Positions 13,501 to 26,232 of a stretch of 64,000 nucleotides of DNA are shown one piece after another. The translations under genes and the position numbers were made by a program. Below the pieces are notes generated by a model. The model saw nothing but the letters and a program-made list of their open reading frames with translations, searched no databases and was not told the origin of the DNA. The stretch comes from Pavona decussata (lineage: Eukaryota): NCBI GenBank assembly GCA_977016875.1, contig CDRNST010000025.1:2604001-2668000 (forward strand), in the 5' to 3' direction. Within the stretch, counting starts at the first letter, position 1. Every line of letters starts with the position of its first letter.

Positions 13501-13622
13501 TAATGGCGTGGAAGCGTAGAGAAGGCAAATCTGCCACATACAGAGTCTTATTTGAAGCATTGCGTCATGAATTTGTAAATCGTAAAGATTTAGCGGAGAA
13601 AATTTGCTGCCACTCAGACTGA
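779..13622 (+). CDS. Copy A, 5'-partial multi-exon gene: (Roc outside window)-COR-Cys-rich-GT4 glycosyltransferase-OTU-Death
   Basis: Exons 779-1562, 2276-2409, 3229-4441, 7228-7323, 9756-10006, 10589-10862, 12921-13025 and 13339-13622 all have AG/GT boundaries and compatible phases. They total 3141 nt (1046 aa + stop) with no internal stop. Confidence 0.85.
2276..2409 (+). CDS. Copy A linker exon preceding the glycosyltransferase (phase 1-0)
   Basis: ctgtag|ctgtcc ... actcag|gtagag. Conserved as a 134-nt exon in copy B (24098-24231). Confidence 0.75.
3229..4441 (+). CDS. Copy A exon: GT-B fold glycosyltransferase, CAZy GT4 / Glycos_transf_1-like
   Basis: ORF 3142-4491 has N-terminal EWRSSKGGVS, VVHT, FGR..LKG and the EX7E motif PSRTEGFGLTALEALSAG. 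Splice sites tttcag|gag and catg|gtgaga. Confidence 0.9.
4976..5281 (+). mobile_element. tRNA-derived repeat (tRNA-like core 5090-5162) bracketed by approximately 60-bp inverted repeats
   Basis: Acceptor stem GGCTTGA/TCAAGCC, A box TAGTTCAGTTGG, B box GGTTCGAATCC. Arms 4976-5038 and 5166-5226 are reverse complements. Absent from copy B. Confidence 0.7.
7228..7323 (+). CDS. Copy A 96-nt linker exon (GTSDDDLNEDSRAPTKSKEGLSHKGKRHTEDT), phase 1-1
   Basis: atacag|gtactt ... acag|gtaaga. Same length and open in B (27833-27928) and C (51317-51412). Confidence 0.75.
8661..8977. repeat. Intronic tandem duplication, 2 x about 160 bp
   Basis: tcaatgaaaaatcaaaagtt ... ttttacgggg occurs at 8663 and 8822. 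Confidence 0.8.
9756..10862 (+). CDS. Copy A OTU-like cysteine protease domain, two exons (9756-10006 and 10589-10862)
   Basis: Cys box DNEGLGNCMFYALSEQL, central YLTKMSADGTWGDHVILHAVA, His box LGHLHEHHYVSL. The two exons are joined by a phase-0 intron. Confidence 0.88.
10493..10552. mobile_element. About 60-bp hairpin MITE (also at about 30064-30123; absent in copy C)
   Basis: cagcctcattcccatggtctctcc ... ggagagaccctgggaacgaggttg inverted ends, with an atcatgc-like direct repeat on the flanks. Confidence 0.65.
12921..13025 (+). CDS. Copy A 105-nt linker exon (GSSGDEDMPTPTSKRGSS...), phase 1-1
   Basis: ttacag|gtagtt ... acag|gtaata. Copy B (31455-31553) carries an in-frame 6-nt deletion. 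Confidence 0.72.
13339..13622 (+). CDS. Copy A terminal exon: Death domain
   Basis: WRPLGRRLDF, EKAFAMLMAWKRREG, ATYRVLFEAL and NRKDLAEKI match the death-fold consensus. Acceptor cttcgtag, stop TGA. Confidence 0.88.
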
Positions 13623-15706
13623 GAAGCTGTCTTATATTTCTTTTTGACAGTTTTCAACTCCACAGCATTGACTCTCCTCAATTTTGGAGAAAAATTTGAT
13701 GTCATTTAATCTGTTTATTCCATGTATATTTTCCATAGCCAAACTGTCCAGATATGAATCGCATAACTTCTATTATTACAAATAATTAATGTACAATTTG
13801 TCTAATAACAGCAATTTAACAAGTTTGAGTTCTCCTTTGATACTCTTCTCCTGTTTCTCTTTTCATTTATGTACTTATCTATTTTATTTAATGCTTGTGT
13901 GTGTATTATCAATGTATTTGTTCGTTTATTCATGTCGTGCAAATTAATATTTTAGTCAATTTCAGCATTAAGCCACTTTTCTGTCTTTGTATTTTTTCAA
14001 CTGATAAATGATAATCACCCAACTAGTTTAGCTTTGTAGTTATTTTGGGTGTCCAGATACTGTGTGTATTTAAACATTTTACATTATATGTATTTATTCA
14101 TTGATGTTACTGTATAAAGACTAGTTTTTTTACAGCGACACTACAATCCGAAAAATTTAAGAGTATATATTCTATTTATGTACCACCAGATCAAAGGATT
14201 GTTATAAAGCATTTTATATATTGAACTTTTGTTATCGAAGAACAGTTGGTGCTTATGTTTTCCATGTGTACTTGAAGCGGCCATTGAATACTAAACTGAT
14301 AAGTTTTGGCGCGAAATGTAAAATGGCGGCCTGTTTGAGTAGCCTATCATGGTCGGTGTTTAAATACAGTCACTCAATACAGGACTTTTTTTTCACCAAT
14401 GATTATTGAAAATGCGACCGCATTTTTAGAATAAATTGGAAATGATGTTTTTCCCCCTCAGCTTTCCCTCCTTTTTCCTTTGGTTTATTTGCATATTATC
14501 CGTCGTTGGGTATATTGCCAATTTCGAGATATTAAAAATCAGCCTGAAACTGAATAAACATCACTGCGAGGCTCCAGGGAATAAACCCATATAAACTCTA
14601 AAATTTGTTCCCCAGAGCCTCACAGTGATGTTATTGTTTCAGACTGAATTTCAATATATCGAAGCTGTGTTATTAACCTTCTAATTTGCCCCTGGCGGGG
14701 GTGGGGGTGGGGGCAGGCACATTCCTGGGGGATGATTTTCAGGATGTTTTTCTGTCCTGGACAGAATCTCATTTGTTCAAGTGTTTTAATCCCATGCAGG
14801 TTTGAAAGGACGGAAGGAAGGGGGAAGGGGCGGGGGGGGGGGGGGTGTTGTTTGGAGGGGGGGGGGGGAGAGGGTCAATGACTTGTAATGTGCCCACGAA
14901 TGCTCTGAAAATCTCACTACCCCAATCTAAATACGGTTAAGTAAGCAGAATATATCGAGTTTTCCCACCAATCTGTGAATGTGTGACCCAGCTTTCGATG
15001 CCAGGCAAACGCAGTTCAAATCTTTATCTACTTAATAAACAACGAGTACAGCATCATCTGCTACGATCTTGGACAGGGACCCAAAGTAAATCAGAGGTGG
15101 CTGTATTACAGTAATGGAACCCCGATATAACGATGTACCAAGGTAGAATTGCATCGTTACATCGAAGATCGTTGTATCTGGTTTCCACTGTTTAAACAGG
15201 TCAGTGTTATGAGTCAGCCACACTCACCCCACCCCCCAGATTTTTTAATAGCTCATCTTTTGTTTGACCCGCATCAACGTTTCCGAACTTTGTTAAAAGC
15301 CAAGCAGGAAAGAAAAAAGAAGAAAGAAAGAAAGAAGGAAAGGAACTTATTGCATTCGACGTAGTAAGAGCGCACTCCTAATACAAATTGGAGTCGAGAT
15401 GGTATGGGACAACGTTAACTCAGTGAATGAATGGATCTAAGGACGAAGTATCTGGCAGCCACGCAGATTTTGCAGGGGCGGATGACATCATCACCAACTG
15501 GTCAAAGAGCCTGGGATAGAACAAACGCACTCCCTAATCTTTGATTGTTACTAATTGTATTAATATACATGCCAGAAAATATGCAACAGTTGACTGGGTT
15601 TTTAAAAAAAGTCACAATGCCTCCTGAAAAGAAGATGGAGTGGATTTTATATTCATGTACAGATATGTTATCGTATCATGCGTGAGGCGATACAAATTTC
15701 GCGTGA

Positions 15707-15806
15707 CATTACTCTCGACTCCAGAGCTCTTCCCTTTCGCGCATGATTATATGACGTAGTCAAAGCCGAGCGGTATCAAAGCCGAGCGGCCCTGGGGTCA
15801 AGAATG
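15707..15806. mobile_element. 100-bp MITE with 6-bp target-site duplication GCGTGA
   Basis: Ends catt..ctcgactccagagc / gccctggggtcaagaatg. gcgtga at 15701 and 15807; empty site at about 63281. Confidence 0.75.
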
Positions 15807-17694
15807 GCGTGACACAGAACAGAACATGACTGCACAATAATTTCCTTCAAATGCAAATTACAGAAAAATGTTTTCATGAATCATCAGACTCAGTGGATGC
15901 TAAAGAAGCCAAACAAGGGGAAGATATATTCGGAGACGTGGACGGGCTCTCAAACGATAGTTCAGATAATATTACAGTATTAAATTGCAGAAAATTCATA
16001 GTCCAAATCACAGGATTTTCTTCTCTGTTTTTGAGTGGGGAGAAGCTTTTATTTGGTAGGGCTTTCTGGGGGCTGAGGGTTTTAATGTTGGAAGATATTT
16101 ACGTCCCACGTTTGAGCTAACTGAAAAACATTTTGGTCGTCAAAAACTACAAGCATAAAACTTAGTTGTTTGGTCGTCTTATAATATAACTGAGAAGTAT
16201 AAACTGAGTTTTCTACCAACAGAAGCTACGAACACCCGCATAGTGTGTTTTTGTGAAGAGATTATTGATACTCTTTAAATGAGCATTGGCCAAAAGCAAA
16301 GCTTCGTGCGCTTGCACACTTGTTTTGAGAACACCAAACATGGTTGCCAATAGTTTTTAATTGATGATGAGTACCACCATCCCGTCAATTGAGACTGGAG
16401 CCCATAATAAAGAGCCTCTATCTGTATTAACTCCTTGGGTCAAACCTTTCCCGAGTAAATTTATTTTATTGAAATGCTTTTTCCGCAAAAAGGTTTGGAG
16501 TATAACTTTTGATCTATAATTATTTAATTATTATTGCTATTCTTTGACTGGGTATTCAAAATGTGGGCTTCACCTGAGAGCCGTTCTGAGAATAAATATA
16601 GCCGGGAAAGGGTTGATTTCACTGAGATTTAAAGTAACCTACATAACTACACTCTGAATTGTAGTTTCTACTTAAACAATAGAGCGTTTTTGTCGAGGCA
16701 CCATCGGCTGACAGTTGCCCGTGGAAATTTGACATTAGCCTGAGATGATAAACTTCGAGGACTTATACTTGAATATTGTACTATTTTAAAAACATCATAT
16801 TGATAAGGACAACTATCAAACCGACAGACACGAGACAGAAATACTCTATTTTTATTGTTCAGCACTAAGATAATTTTTTCGGCATGATTTAAAATTCACT
16901 GAGACCGGTATTTCCCATCCTACTGCTTTCCAATTTAACCTCAGTTTAATTTAAGGTGAAAAGTTGAAACAAGAAAAGACGAATATCATAAGTAATATAC
17001 TAAGTAATGAATTGGATGAATAAATGGAAGGTTTTTTCGGGGACGAGTACAATCCATCCAGGCATTTTCACCTGATGGACACTTTGCCCTGATAGCACAG
17101 CGCTGATAGTGTCTCTCAGCGGATGGGTTGTATCACATCACGTGATCAATTTAATGCGATCGGGCTTGGAGAACATTTTGCAGTGAACTATACTGGGTGT
17201 TACTGTCGATCGATCTGTGTAATGACAATCACAATCAGCAAAATTTCCCATGTCTCCGATGTGTATTAGATACTGCGATGTTCGTCTGCGAAGGAAAGCT
17301 TTCAAGGAAAGTAAGCGCTCGTTACCACCAACACTTCTTGTCAGGTGAAAAACCCGTTATATACAACTAACAATTTCTACTAACAAAATTATCAGATTAT
17401 CTTTTGACGTTTTTAAATGGGAGAGGATAAGTCTCTCTGCTCAGAAAGTGTGTTCCCTCTGTCAGACGTCCAGTCAATAGACACAGTAGAGTGTTCAAGA
17501 AACGTGACATGCACGAAAGAGACTAACTTGTACGTCAGGGAGAAATTCTAAATTTTACTCAGGTTGAAATGAGAGGATGAAACTCTCCAATCACACATTT
17601 CAAACTGTGGTTAAATAGTTACAACTATTTTTAAAGCATCTACTAAACCATGTGTGTATTATGTATTTTTTTTATAACATATTTCTTCCATAAG

Positions 17695-18080
17695 TACCAA
17701 GTGAGATTAAAGCACGAGGACCAAGAGCGCAGCTTGCCTATGTAAATGCGTTAAAGACTGGAAAAGTAAACGTGTACCGTGCTAGAATCATGCTGATAGG
17801 CCAAGATCGAGCGGGAAAGACGAGTTTGAAGAAATCATTCTTAGGTCTGCCATTCGACCCTAATGAGCAGAGCACTGATGGAATAGAGGTTGACCCATCA
17901 AAGTTCGAAATTGACGTTGATCAAGTGAAGAACTGGCAGCGAACTGACGAGAAGTTAAGTGTGTCTCAGTTTGCAAACGACCTTGCAAAGATGGTGGCTG
18001 CTCAGATTGGAGAAGATGAAACAAGTGTAAACCCAGGAGTTCAAAATGAATCAAAGGAGATGACATATCAAAAGAATGAA
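17695..18080 (+). pseudogene. Copy B Roc GTPase exon 1 (P-loop)
   Basis: IMLIGQDRAGKTSL (G1) and QSTDGIEV (G2). 386 nt, as in copy C. Confidence 0.85.
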
Positions 18081-18720
18081 GTGGGTATCCTGACATACAT
18101 AGATTAGAAGGGGAATTTTTAGACTGAAGTATGTAACTGTACGATGTAACAACTGCACAATACAACACAATGTAATGAATACGTTACCGCCGACACAGTG
18201 CAGTACTGTACATTAATAGTTTATAAGTTTTGTTTTATTATTCTTAAAACCCAACTTGTCAAAGCCTAGTTTAGCAGCCAGCATTTTTTCCTTTATGGAT
18301 GTCACCACTGAACCATTGAACGTAAGTTCCTATGGTAACGTTGGAAACTAAACTGAGGTTTTGTTTTTCTGATTGAACGGTCTTGGAAGAAGAGTCTATG
18401 GAGAAAAAAATCTCCAGTGAATCAAGTTGGTAAAAAAAAAAATATTTGAAATTCAAATTGCATTACACAAAACCAATACGTGAGTTAACAAGCTACTTTC
18501 AGGACAGTCACCATAGCGTTGATTACAAACGAAGCACTTCCAAAAGGATGACTTGTATTGCGAGGGTCTCAAGTTAAAATCTTCTTGATGGGTTGCTAAC
18601 ACATGAGACCCTGCTTCAAATCCTAGGCGACCCTTTGGCAAAAAAACAAACAAACAAATAAACAAAGTAAAGTGGTCAAACTTCGGTCTTTATTGATTGA
18701 ATGAATAATTAAATGAGTAC

Positions 18721-18758
<38 letters not shown>

Positions 18759-19316
18759 CATCTCCCCTCAATTGAAAAGCGAATGGCGAAAGTAATTCGC
18801 GTTCGTTTTGATTTCAATCCATCTTGCCTTATTATAACTGAGCTAGGAGACTAACTTACAAAACTCGCATTACTTTTATTAGAAGAAAAATCAACCCTGA
18901 CTTCTTCACACTCGTTTTCTCACGCTTCTAAAATATTAGATGCATGTTTCGGCTTCTGGTTCGGATGGGATTATTGTCTCGCTTGCCTTATGGTTGATCA
19001 CAATGATGACTTTGGCTTAGCTTTAAAAAGTCCTTTTCAAATCGCTGTATTAGACGTAGCAATGTCTTCTTATGCGAATATCGGGGCATTAGGATTGACT
19101 AACAAGATTGACTAGCGAGATTGACTAACAGATATACAGACAATATTTTCTAGAAGCCAGTGTTTACATATTCCTAACAAGTGTCCTTTTCTTTTGCTTG
19201 TACGGATAAAAACGCAAAACGGTGTTTTAAAACATATTAAAGAGTAGTTTTACCTTTTAAGTCATGTAACAGACCAACAGCTACGATATCGTAACCATTC
19301 TAAAAATTGCTTTCAG

Positions 19317-20048
19317 GATCCTATCAGGGATGGAGCCACACCTAAATTTGCGAAAGTCCATGAAGCTCAAACTGGGCGCCACAGCGAGAAAGCAGCTAAA
19401 GAATCTGCATTGAATTTCGACCCTACCTTGCCTCCGGAGGAATTCACAGATCTTCTCGTTCAACATTTAAAAGGTTTAAACCTGCCAAGTGATTCAACAT
19501 CAGTAAAAAACCACAAGACTCTAGACCTTTGGGAGTTTGCGGGACAGCATCTTTATTACGCTTCCTATCCAGTGTTCTTGTCATCACGAGCAGTTTATAT
19601 GCTGGTGTACAATCTCAGCAAAGGATTAAAGAACATTGCTGAGCCCTCTGTCAGACAAGGTGTTAATAACATTCTTTTAAGAAACCCAAATGGCGAAACA
19701 AATTTGGAGAACTTGTTGTCGTGGCTTGTTTCAGTCAGAACTATGTGTTCAGCAAAACCAAATTTAGTGAATGACAGAGAGGAGGCTGGCAAAGAGCCAT
19801 CTTACCTACGTCCCCCTGTATTTGTTGTAGGAACACATGCTGAAAAACCTTTCCAGGACATTAAGATAATGGAACAGCTGATCCAGACGGTGCTTTCTCG
19901 AAAAGACTTTGATGGTCACGTGATCCGGCCATTTTTTTTCAATTGATAATACGCGAGGGTCATCAGGGGCTGGCGTTCGTGCGCTTCAGGAAAAAATGAT
20001 TGAAGTGTTACAGGAAGAGCCATACATGGGGGAGGAGGTTCCACTTCG
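19317..20048 (+). pseudogene. Copy B Roc exon 2 with a +1 frameshift in a T-run
   Basis: LDLWEFAGQHLYY and PVFVVGTHAEK. One extra T versus copy C gives a stop at 19944-19946. Confidence 0.82.
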
Positions 20049-20430
20049 GTAAGTTACAAAATAAGAACCAGTTGCAACGTCACGCACTCGGCTTTTGAGT
20101 GCATTAAAAGCGCACATAGTTGATCGTTGTTTTCCTTGATTATCCAGTAACTAGATATCAAGGTCAAAGTTGAGATATCTAGAAGCTCTCTTCAAATTAC
20201 AATGTAATAGTAATAAGGAATGGACGTCAAAACCTTGAAAAGTTGCATGTGGTAGGAGAATGGAAAGGGTAATTTTTCACAGACTTTGTAGTTTCTATAG
20301 ACAGAAAGCGTACCATATGGGCAAAAACATCCCTCTACTTTACATGCTAAGACAGCTGAAAAGTCAAAGCTACTAATATAATATTTATATGTTGCATGTA
20401 TTTGGACTATCTCCCTTCTTCTTCCTTCAG

Positions 20431-23390
20431 GTGGTTTAACTTTGAGAAGGTCATTAAGGCTTTGATTGCAAAGAAGACGTATTACCTGAACCTGGAACAA
20501 CTCCAAACCATTATCCAGGAAGTGTGCTTTATCAGGAATGAGAACGAAATTGCTACCATGTTGGATTTCTATCACGACCTCGGAATTATCGTAAAACACC
20601 ACAACACTGTTGTACTACAGGCCCAGTGGTTGATTGACGTGTTTAAACAACTCATAACCATCCGTCCGTACAACGACATGGTAAGAACCTGACAGAATAA
20701 AAAGTGTAAAAAGTGAGCAACCGCGTGCCTTATTCTTGGCTGCCTTTTACCGTTGGGTGCCAAGGTGTGTTATCTAGGGGGAAACCTAGCAGGTTAATAG
20801 TTTTCTCAGTGGATTCGGAAAAAATTGTTTTGGTTAGAGACGTTTCAATATTTTTTCCCATTTTTATTTTTTTAGAACAATTCCTATTTCAAAATTCTCG
20901 CATGATGATTTACAAAGTTAATTTTTAAAAATTAAAAACTGAAATCTTCCTATTTCTTAAAACCAGGTCTGGCAAAAATAGATTGCTATTGTAACATCAA
21001 ATTCAGTGAACTTTGATATACCATGCCAAATTGTTCCCAGATAAATTTCTCAAAAAGTCACAAGGTTTCGTGGCATTTGTGCAAAAATTTAAAAAAAGGA
21101 GTTTTTTTGCTTAAAGTGCATACTTAACGTGTCGCAATCATTTTCTCGTTTTTTACCGTCCACCTTTGTACTAGATAAAGGCAAATTTATACACTGAGAT
21201 CCTTTCCAATGAAAGAAAACCTTCTGTACTTTTTGCCCGAGTTTTATGGCCTTAATGAAGTGTTCACATTCTCTGCTTCTCATAACCAGGCTTTGCTACA
21301 GTTGCTTGATTGCTAAAATGGGCCGTCTTCTGAAACAAATTGCCATCGATCATTTTCCCCAAAATTTTTGCCCGAAGTTCCCATGAAGTAAGCCAGGTGG
21401 TTGTCTATCATGATGTGTCTTGCCTTCAGCTAAGTTCTTGAGTTTTGTATGGAAAGGTTACCACAGAAACTGCGACTTTGACTTATAGGTACTTCTAATT
21501 AAGTTCTTAAACTCATAAAAAATACATAAAGTGAGCAGTGATTAAATGACATTTCGTTCAGGTAGATAAATTTTGGTACCCAATGAAACGCCAGGTCAAG
21601 ATCTTAATGATTTTGATGTGAGTTCAAAACCTTTCTGATCTGAGGTCAAAACCTTGCATTTTATCACAAAACAAAATAACACAGGTAAGATTATTTATCC
21701 AATATAGGAAAATCTTTAACGCAAACAAGTTGGAGTATCCTCTTTATTCTGACTACTTGCGTATTAAGTGCATCTGTGAATGTTCCTGAAGGAATGCTTA
21801 CTAATGTTTTAAAAAACAAATGAAAATCAAACATTTCACGCTCAAACCTGCCGTCAGTTTCACTGACGTTTTACTTTTCCCCGTCAGTCATTCATGATCC
21901 AGAAATATTAAACGGTTTACCTTAAAACGAAAACCCATATAAAGCAGTCGCTCGAACGGAACTCGAATTAAAGCCTAACGTAAATGAGATTCGTTTGCCG
22001 CACCCTGTAGGGAAGTAGTGTATGCAATGTGGAATTTGCTTCATCCAAACGTGTGATGGCAACAGCGGCTTGTCGTTGGTATTGTTTCATATTTTGTGTA
22101 ATGAAACAAAGAAGTGTTTGCTAAATTCAGTGCTCTCAATTCACAACTTTCTTTTGAGACATTAGGATCATGTCTCAAACTCGGACTTCGTGCTTTATCA
22201 GGTGTTTCAAACACCTCGAAACAATAAAAGCGCTTATCCTGCGGCCTCATGCTTTCATCTGTTTCTCGGTTTCTGGAACCCCTGATCATGATAAAGCAAC
22301 TGACCTCGCTTTTGAAAGTACCCGAAATATAGCTCGCGTCAGGCAATCATAATTCAGAAATTTATCAGCGAGTAGTATGATATTTCTGAAAAAGACCTAA
22401 AAAATAAGATTGACGTGTAAACACAATTTGCTGTGTAACACATTACTAACAGGATGCACTGCGGGTGTGCTTTATATAGGGTGTAAAGCATTTTTCTCTA
22501 CGTTTATTTATCATTAGTAAACATGCAATAACGTTTCCTTGGTGTTTTTAGATGTTAAAAAGGCCGTGGAAAAGCGTCTCAAAAGGACCTTGTTTCGATT
22601 TTTTGACAGGAATCCAGACATTCCAAATTGTGGAGGGACATGGAAAAAACAGGCGTCCTTAGTATTCAACTTGTTGAACACGTATTCACCAAGTATTGTC
22701 AGAAAGGCGTACCCAAGGAGGACATTTTGAATATGATGGAGCATTTCGGATTGCTAGTCAAGTTTGCAAGGTCTCCAAGTGATATACAGTACTTTGTACC
22801 AGCACAACTGAAGACTCCACCTAAAGTCCTTCGAGAAATGGAAACCTCGTTGTCCGACCCATGCCCCCTGTATCTTCACTTTTTGGAGGGTTTTGTTCCT
22901 CACGGCCTCTTCTTTCAGCTGGGGTCAAGGTGTTCTCGACGGTGCCCTGCTAATGGATTCACGCGGCCTCCGAAATTTTATGAGGAAGCGGCGACGTTCT
23001 TTCTCGAAAAAGAGTTCAGGTACCAACTGACCCTTTTGTGCATGAAAAGGTTCATCAAGGTTGTCCTGAAAAACCAGACAAAGGAAGACGATCAACTCTC
23101 TCAGACTGAAAAAGAAGAGGTAGCAAGTCTGGTGCGAACGTTTCTGGAAGATGAATTGGAAAATATGAAACAAGAGCTGCCCTGGTTGAACAATTTAAAG
23201 TATGAATTGTATGTAGAGTGTTCTTGCTGTCCGGAGGAAGAAACCAAATGTGGAAACCACGGTCATGTCTCTTATGCACATGAGGACTGCATGAGCCTTG
23301 TCAAAGTTATGCCTAGAGGGTGTTTAGGCTGCTCAATTTGTTGTCAAACACCGAGCCTCCCCAGACTGGAAAAGTGGTTCTCGGTAAAAG
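20431..23390 (+). pseudogene. Copy B COR exons (20431-20680 and 22610-23390), both still open
   Basis: RWFNFEK, MLDFYHDLGII and QAQWLIDVFKQLIT; the second exon is paralogous to 779-1562. Confidence 0.82.
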
Positions 23391-25021
23391 GTGATAGCGA
23401 TGTGTCCTATTAATGTTTAAAATACGATGAGCTCTAGATCAGGTATTGTAATGATTAGATGACAGGCTACCATCAATCAGTTGAAAGGTACCTGGAAAAC
23501 AGCTATCTTCCCAGTGCTCCTACTTGTTATAATTAATAACAAGAACCATTGTAAACGAAGCTGACAGGTTCATGCTTACGTCCCCTGTGAGTTGTATATT
23601 TGCAAGAACGAGAGATACAGTCAGTGTTGGTCCTGTTAATTAGGTGTGCCTTAGTCTTATGAAGATCACAAAGTGCACTACTCTTTGACATCGTCCGGCG
23701 CATAAACACTGATCATTAAGAAATCAAGGTTGATGGCTATAGTAACCAATTTGACAGGGAGCAGGGTACAACGGTGAGGTTTCAGATCCAACAAGGATTT
23801 CTTTCTCTCTTGGGCAAAGCAGCAAAGGCTTATTATCCCATTCTCATCATCTCACTTCGTCCTACCTCATTTTATCTTACCTCATCTTATCTCTTAACAT
23901 CTAATCATATGCCATATCTCACCTCAACTCATCTTATCTTATCTTTTATTGTTATCTTATTCCTTCTATCCTCGCCACGCACACATCAGCTAATCTCTTA
24001 ACCATTCGTCACACCTCGCCTCTTTTCATCTCATGACAAGCCATATAACATGTTATGTCATGTCATGTCATCTTATCTCATTTCGCCCTTTCTGCAGCTA
24101 TCCATCCTGAGAATCGCCTTGAAGCGGAGAATGTATGCAACGCGAAAGCCCCAGGAATTGATAGACTGTCAGCTAGCTGCGGATCGGACCAGGTTGCTAG
24201 AGACGAAGGGCGTTCACCGAGAACAACTCAGGTAGAGTGAGATGGTCAACATTTTTAATAAAGAAAAAAAATATATACTTCGGGTTAAATGTATAAGCCA
24301 TGAACGATACTACACAGACTTACATTTGACCTCCGACATTATGTGCATTCACATCAATTAGAAAGGTTTGCCATGAGACTAATTGTGGAACAACTTATTT
24401 TTAGTTTGAACCGTTGACGATTCAAGCCACATCATTATTTTCACCTGTCAAACACGATTCTACGGAAAGAACCATTATATTACGACTTTAACATGTAAAT
24501 TGTTAAGTACAATTTTGAATAGCTGAATATAAAGATTTGAGAGTATGTGCAGTTTTTCAAGTACAGAAAATTAAGTATTTCACAGGTACAAAGAGAAAAT
24601 GCCAGATAGATCTTTACATAATTCTATAAGGTCGCATCATTTATGGTTTCTACTTTGCACCCGACAGCGTTTTTCTCAATCGGAATGTCTATTTTTAATC
24701 TCATGAACTCCTTCATCGTGTTAAATTGAAAGTGTGACGGAGATTAAGCTATGCAGTTTGTAAATGACAGTTGAAATAGGAAATGTGGACAGACCACTTG
24801 TCAACCGTTTGACGACTGTTCATTTAAGAAACCAGATTCCAACTTTGTGATAAAAGTGTGTGAAAATTTAGATGAAGTACTGTTCACTTATCACCGGCTG
24901 CCAAAAGGCTAGAGATTTCTTGTTTTGCTTTTGTTTGTTTGTTTGTTTTTTTTTTCGATTAAACTTTGTCTCATTCAAAACGATACATCTTTAAAAGGAG
25001 TGAACTATGATTCTCTTTCAG

Positions 25022-26232
25022 GAGGTACATCCTGCTTCAGCTGGTAAATCACACAGTGAACCTGGGCAATCTTGTGCCTCTCTGAAAGTTTCTCTTTTGG
25101 CTAGCGAATGGAGGTCGTCCAAGGGTGGCGTGTCCACCATTAACAGAAAGCTTGCTGTACACTTGGCAGAACAATCAACGGCAGAAATCACGCTCTTAGT
25201 TCCTCAAAACGTCTGTAGTGAAGACGACAAGAAAAATGCTGAAAGTTGCAAAGTTAATATCGTTGAAGTACAGCTTCATACAGGCTTCAATCCCCTAGAT
25301 TGTTTGATATCCCCACCAAAGGATCTAGCCATTGATGTTTTAGTGGGTCATGGGGTTACACTGGGTAAACAATCCCAATTTATTAAGGGATCCCATGGTT
25401 GTAAATGGGTGCAGGTAGTGCATACTGAACCTGAAGAACTTGGACCGCACAAGAAATACAGTGGAGCCATCGCCAGAGCTGAAGAAAAGAACAAAGATGA
25501 AGTAGACCTGTGCAAAAAGGCTGATCTTGTAGTTACAGTTGGGCCAAAGCTGCAGGCAGCCTTTTCGTCCCAGCTGCGATCGACTGAGAAGCACTACTCT
25601 ATTTTTCATCTGCCCAGGAACGTTCCGTCAATTTTCAGCTATTAAACAAGTCGAGAATGAAATCAGCAGATTTAAGGTGTTGACCTTTGGCCGCAGTGAT
25701 CCCGAAGACTTCGAGCTTAAGGGATACGATATTGCTGCCAAGGCAATAGCTCATTTGGCAGATTGCTCTTATCGTCTGATCTTTGTAGTTGCATCTGATG
25801 GCAAGCAAGACGAAGTCGCTGCAAAACTACTCCAGTACGGAATTTCTAAAACTCAGCTGATCGTGAGGAGGTATGCACTGAGTGTAGAAGAATTAAAAGA
25901 GGTTTTACGTGAAGCCGATCTTGCCATCATGCCATTCAGAACAGAGGGCTTTGGCCTTACTGCTCTGGAAGCCCTGTCTGCTGACCTTCCCATTGTCGTG
26001 AGTTCCAACTCGGGTTTAGGAGAGACACTGCTTAGTCTGCCACTTGGCAAGTCGTTTGTGGTAGCATCCGAGGATCCAAAGGAATGGGCGAACAAAATTG
26101 CTGTTGCTCGTCGGAAACAAAGAAAACAGCGGCTCAAAGAAATGCAAGCACTGCGGACAAGCTATGAAGAGAAGTTCGGCTGAGAGGAGCAGTGTAAAGC
26201 ACTAGTCGATAGGATGCGGAAGATAGCTCATG
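25022..26232 (+). pseudogene. Copy B GT4 exon, frameshifted with a premature stop
   Basis: Split into ORFs 25007-25645 and 25539-26183. The exon is 1211 nt versus 1213 nt in A, and TGG>TGA occurs at 26181. Confidence 0.88.
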
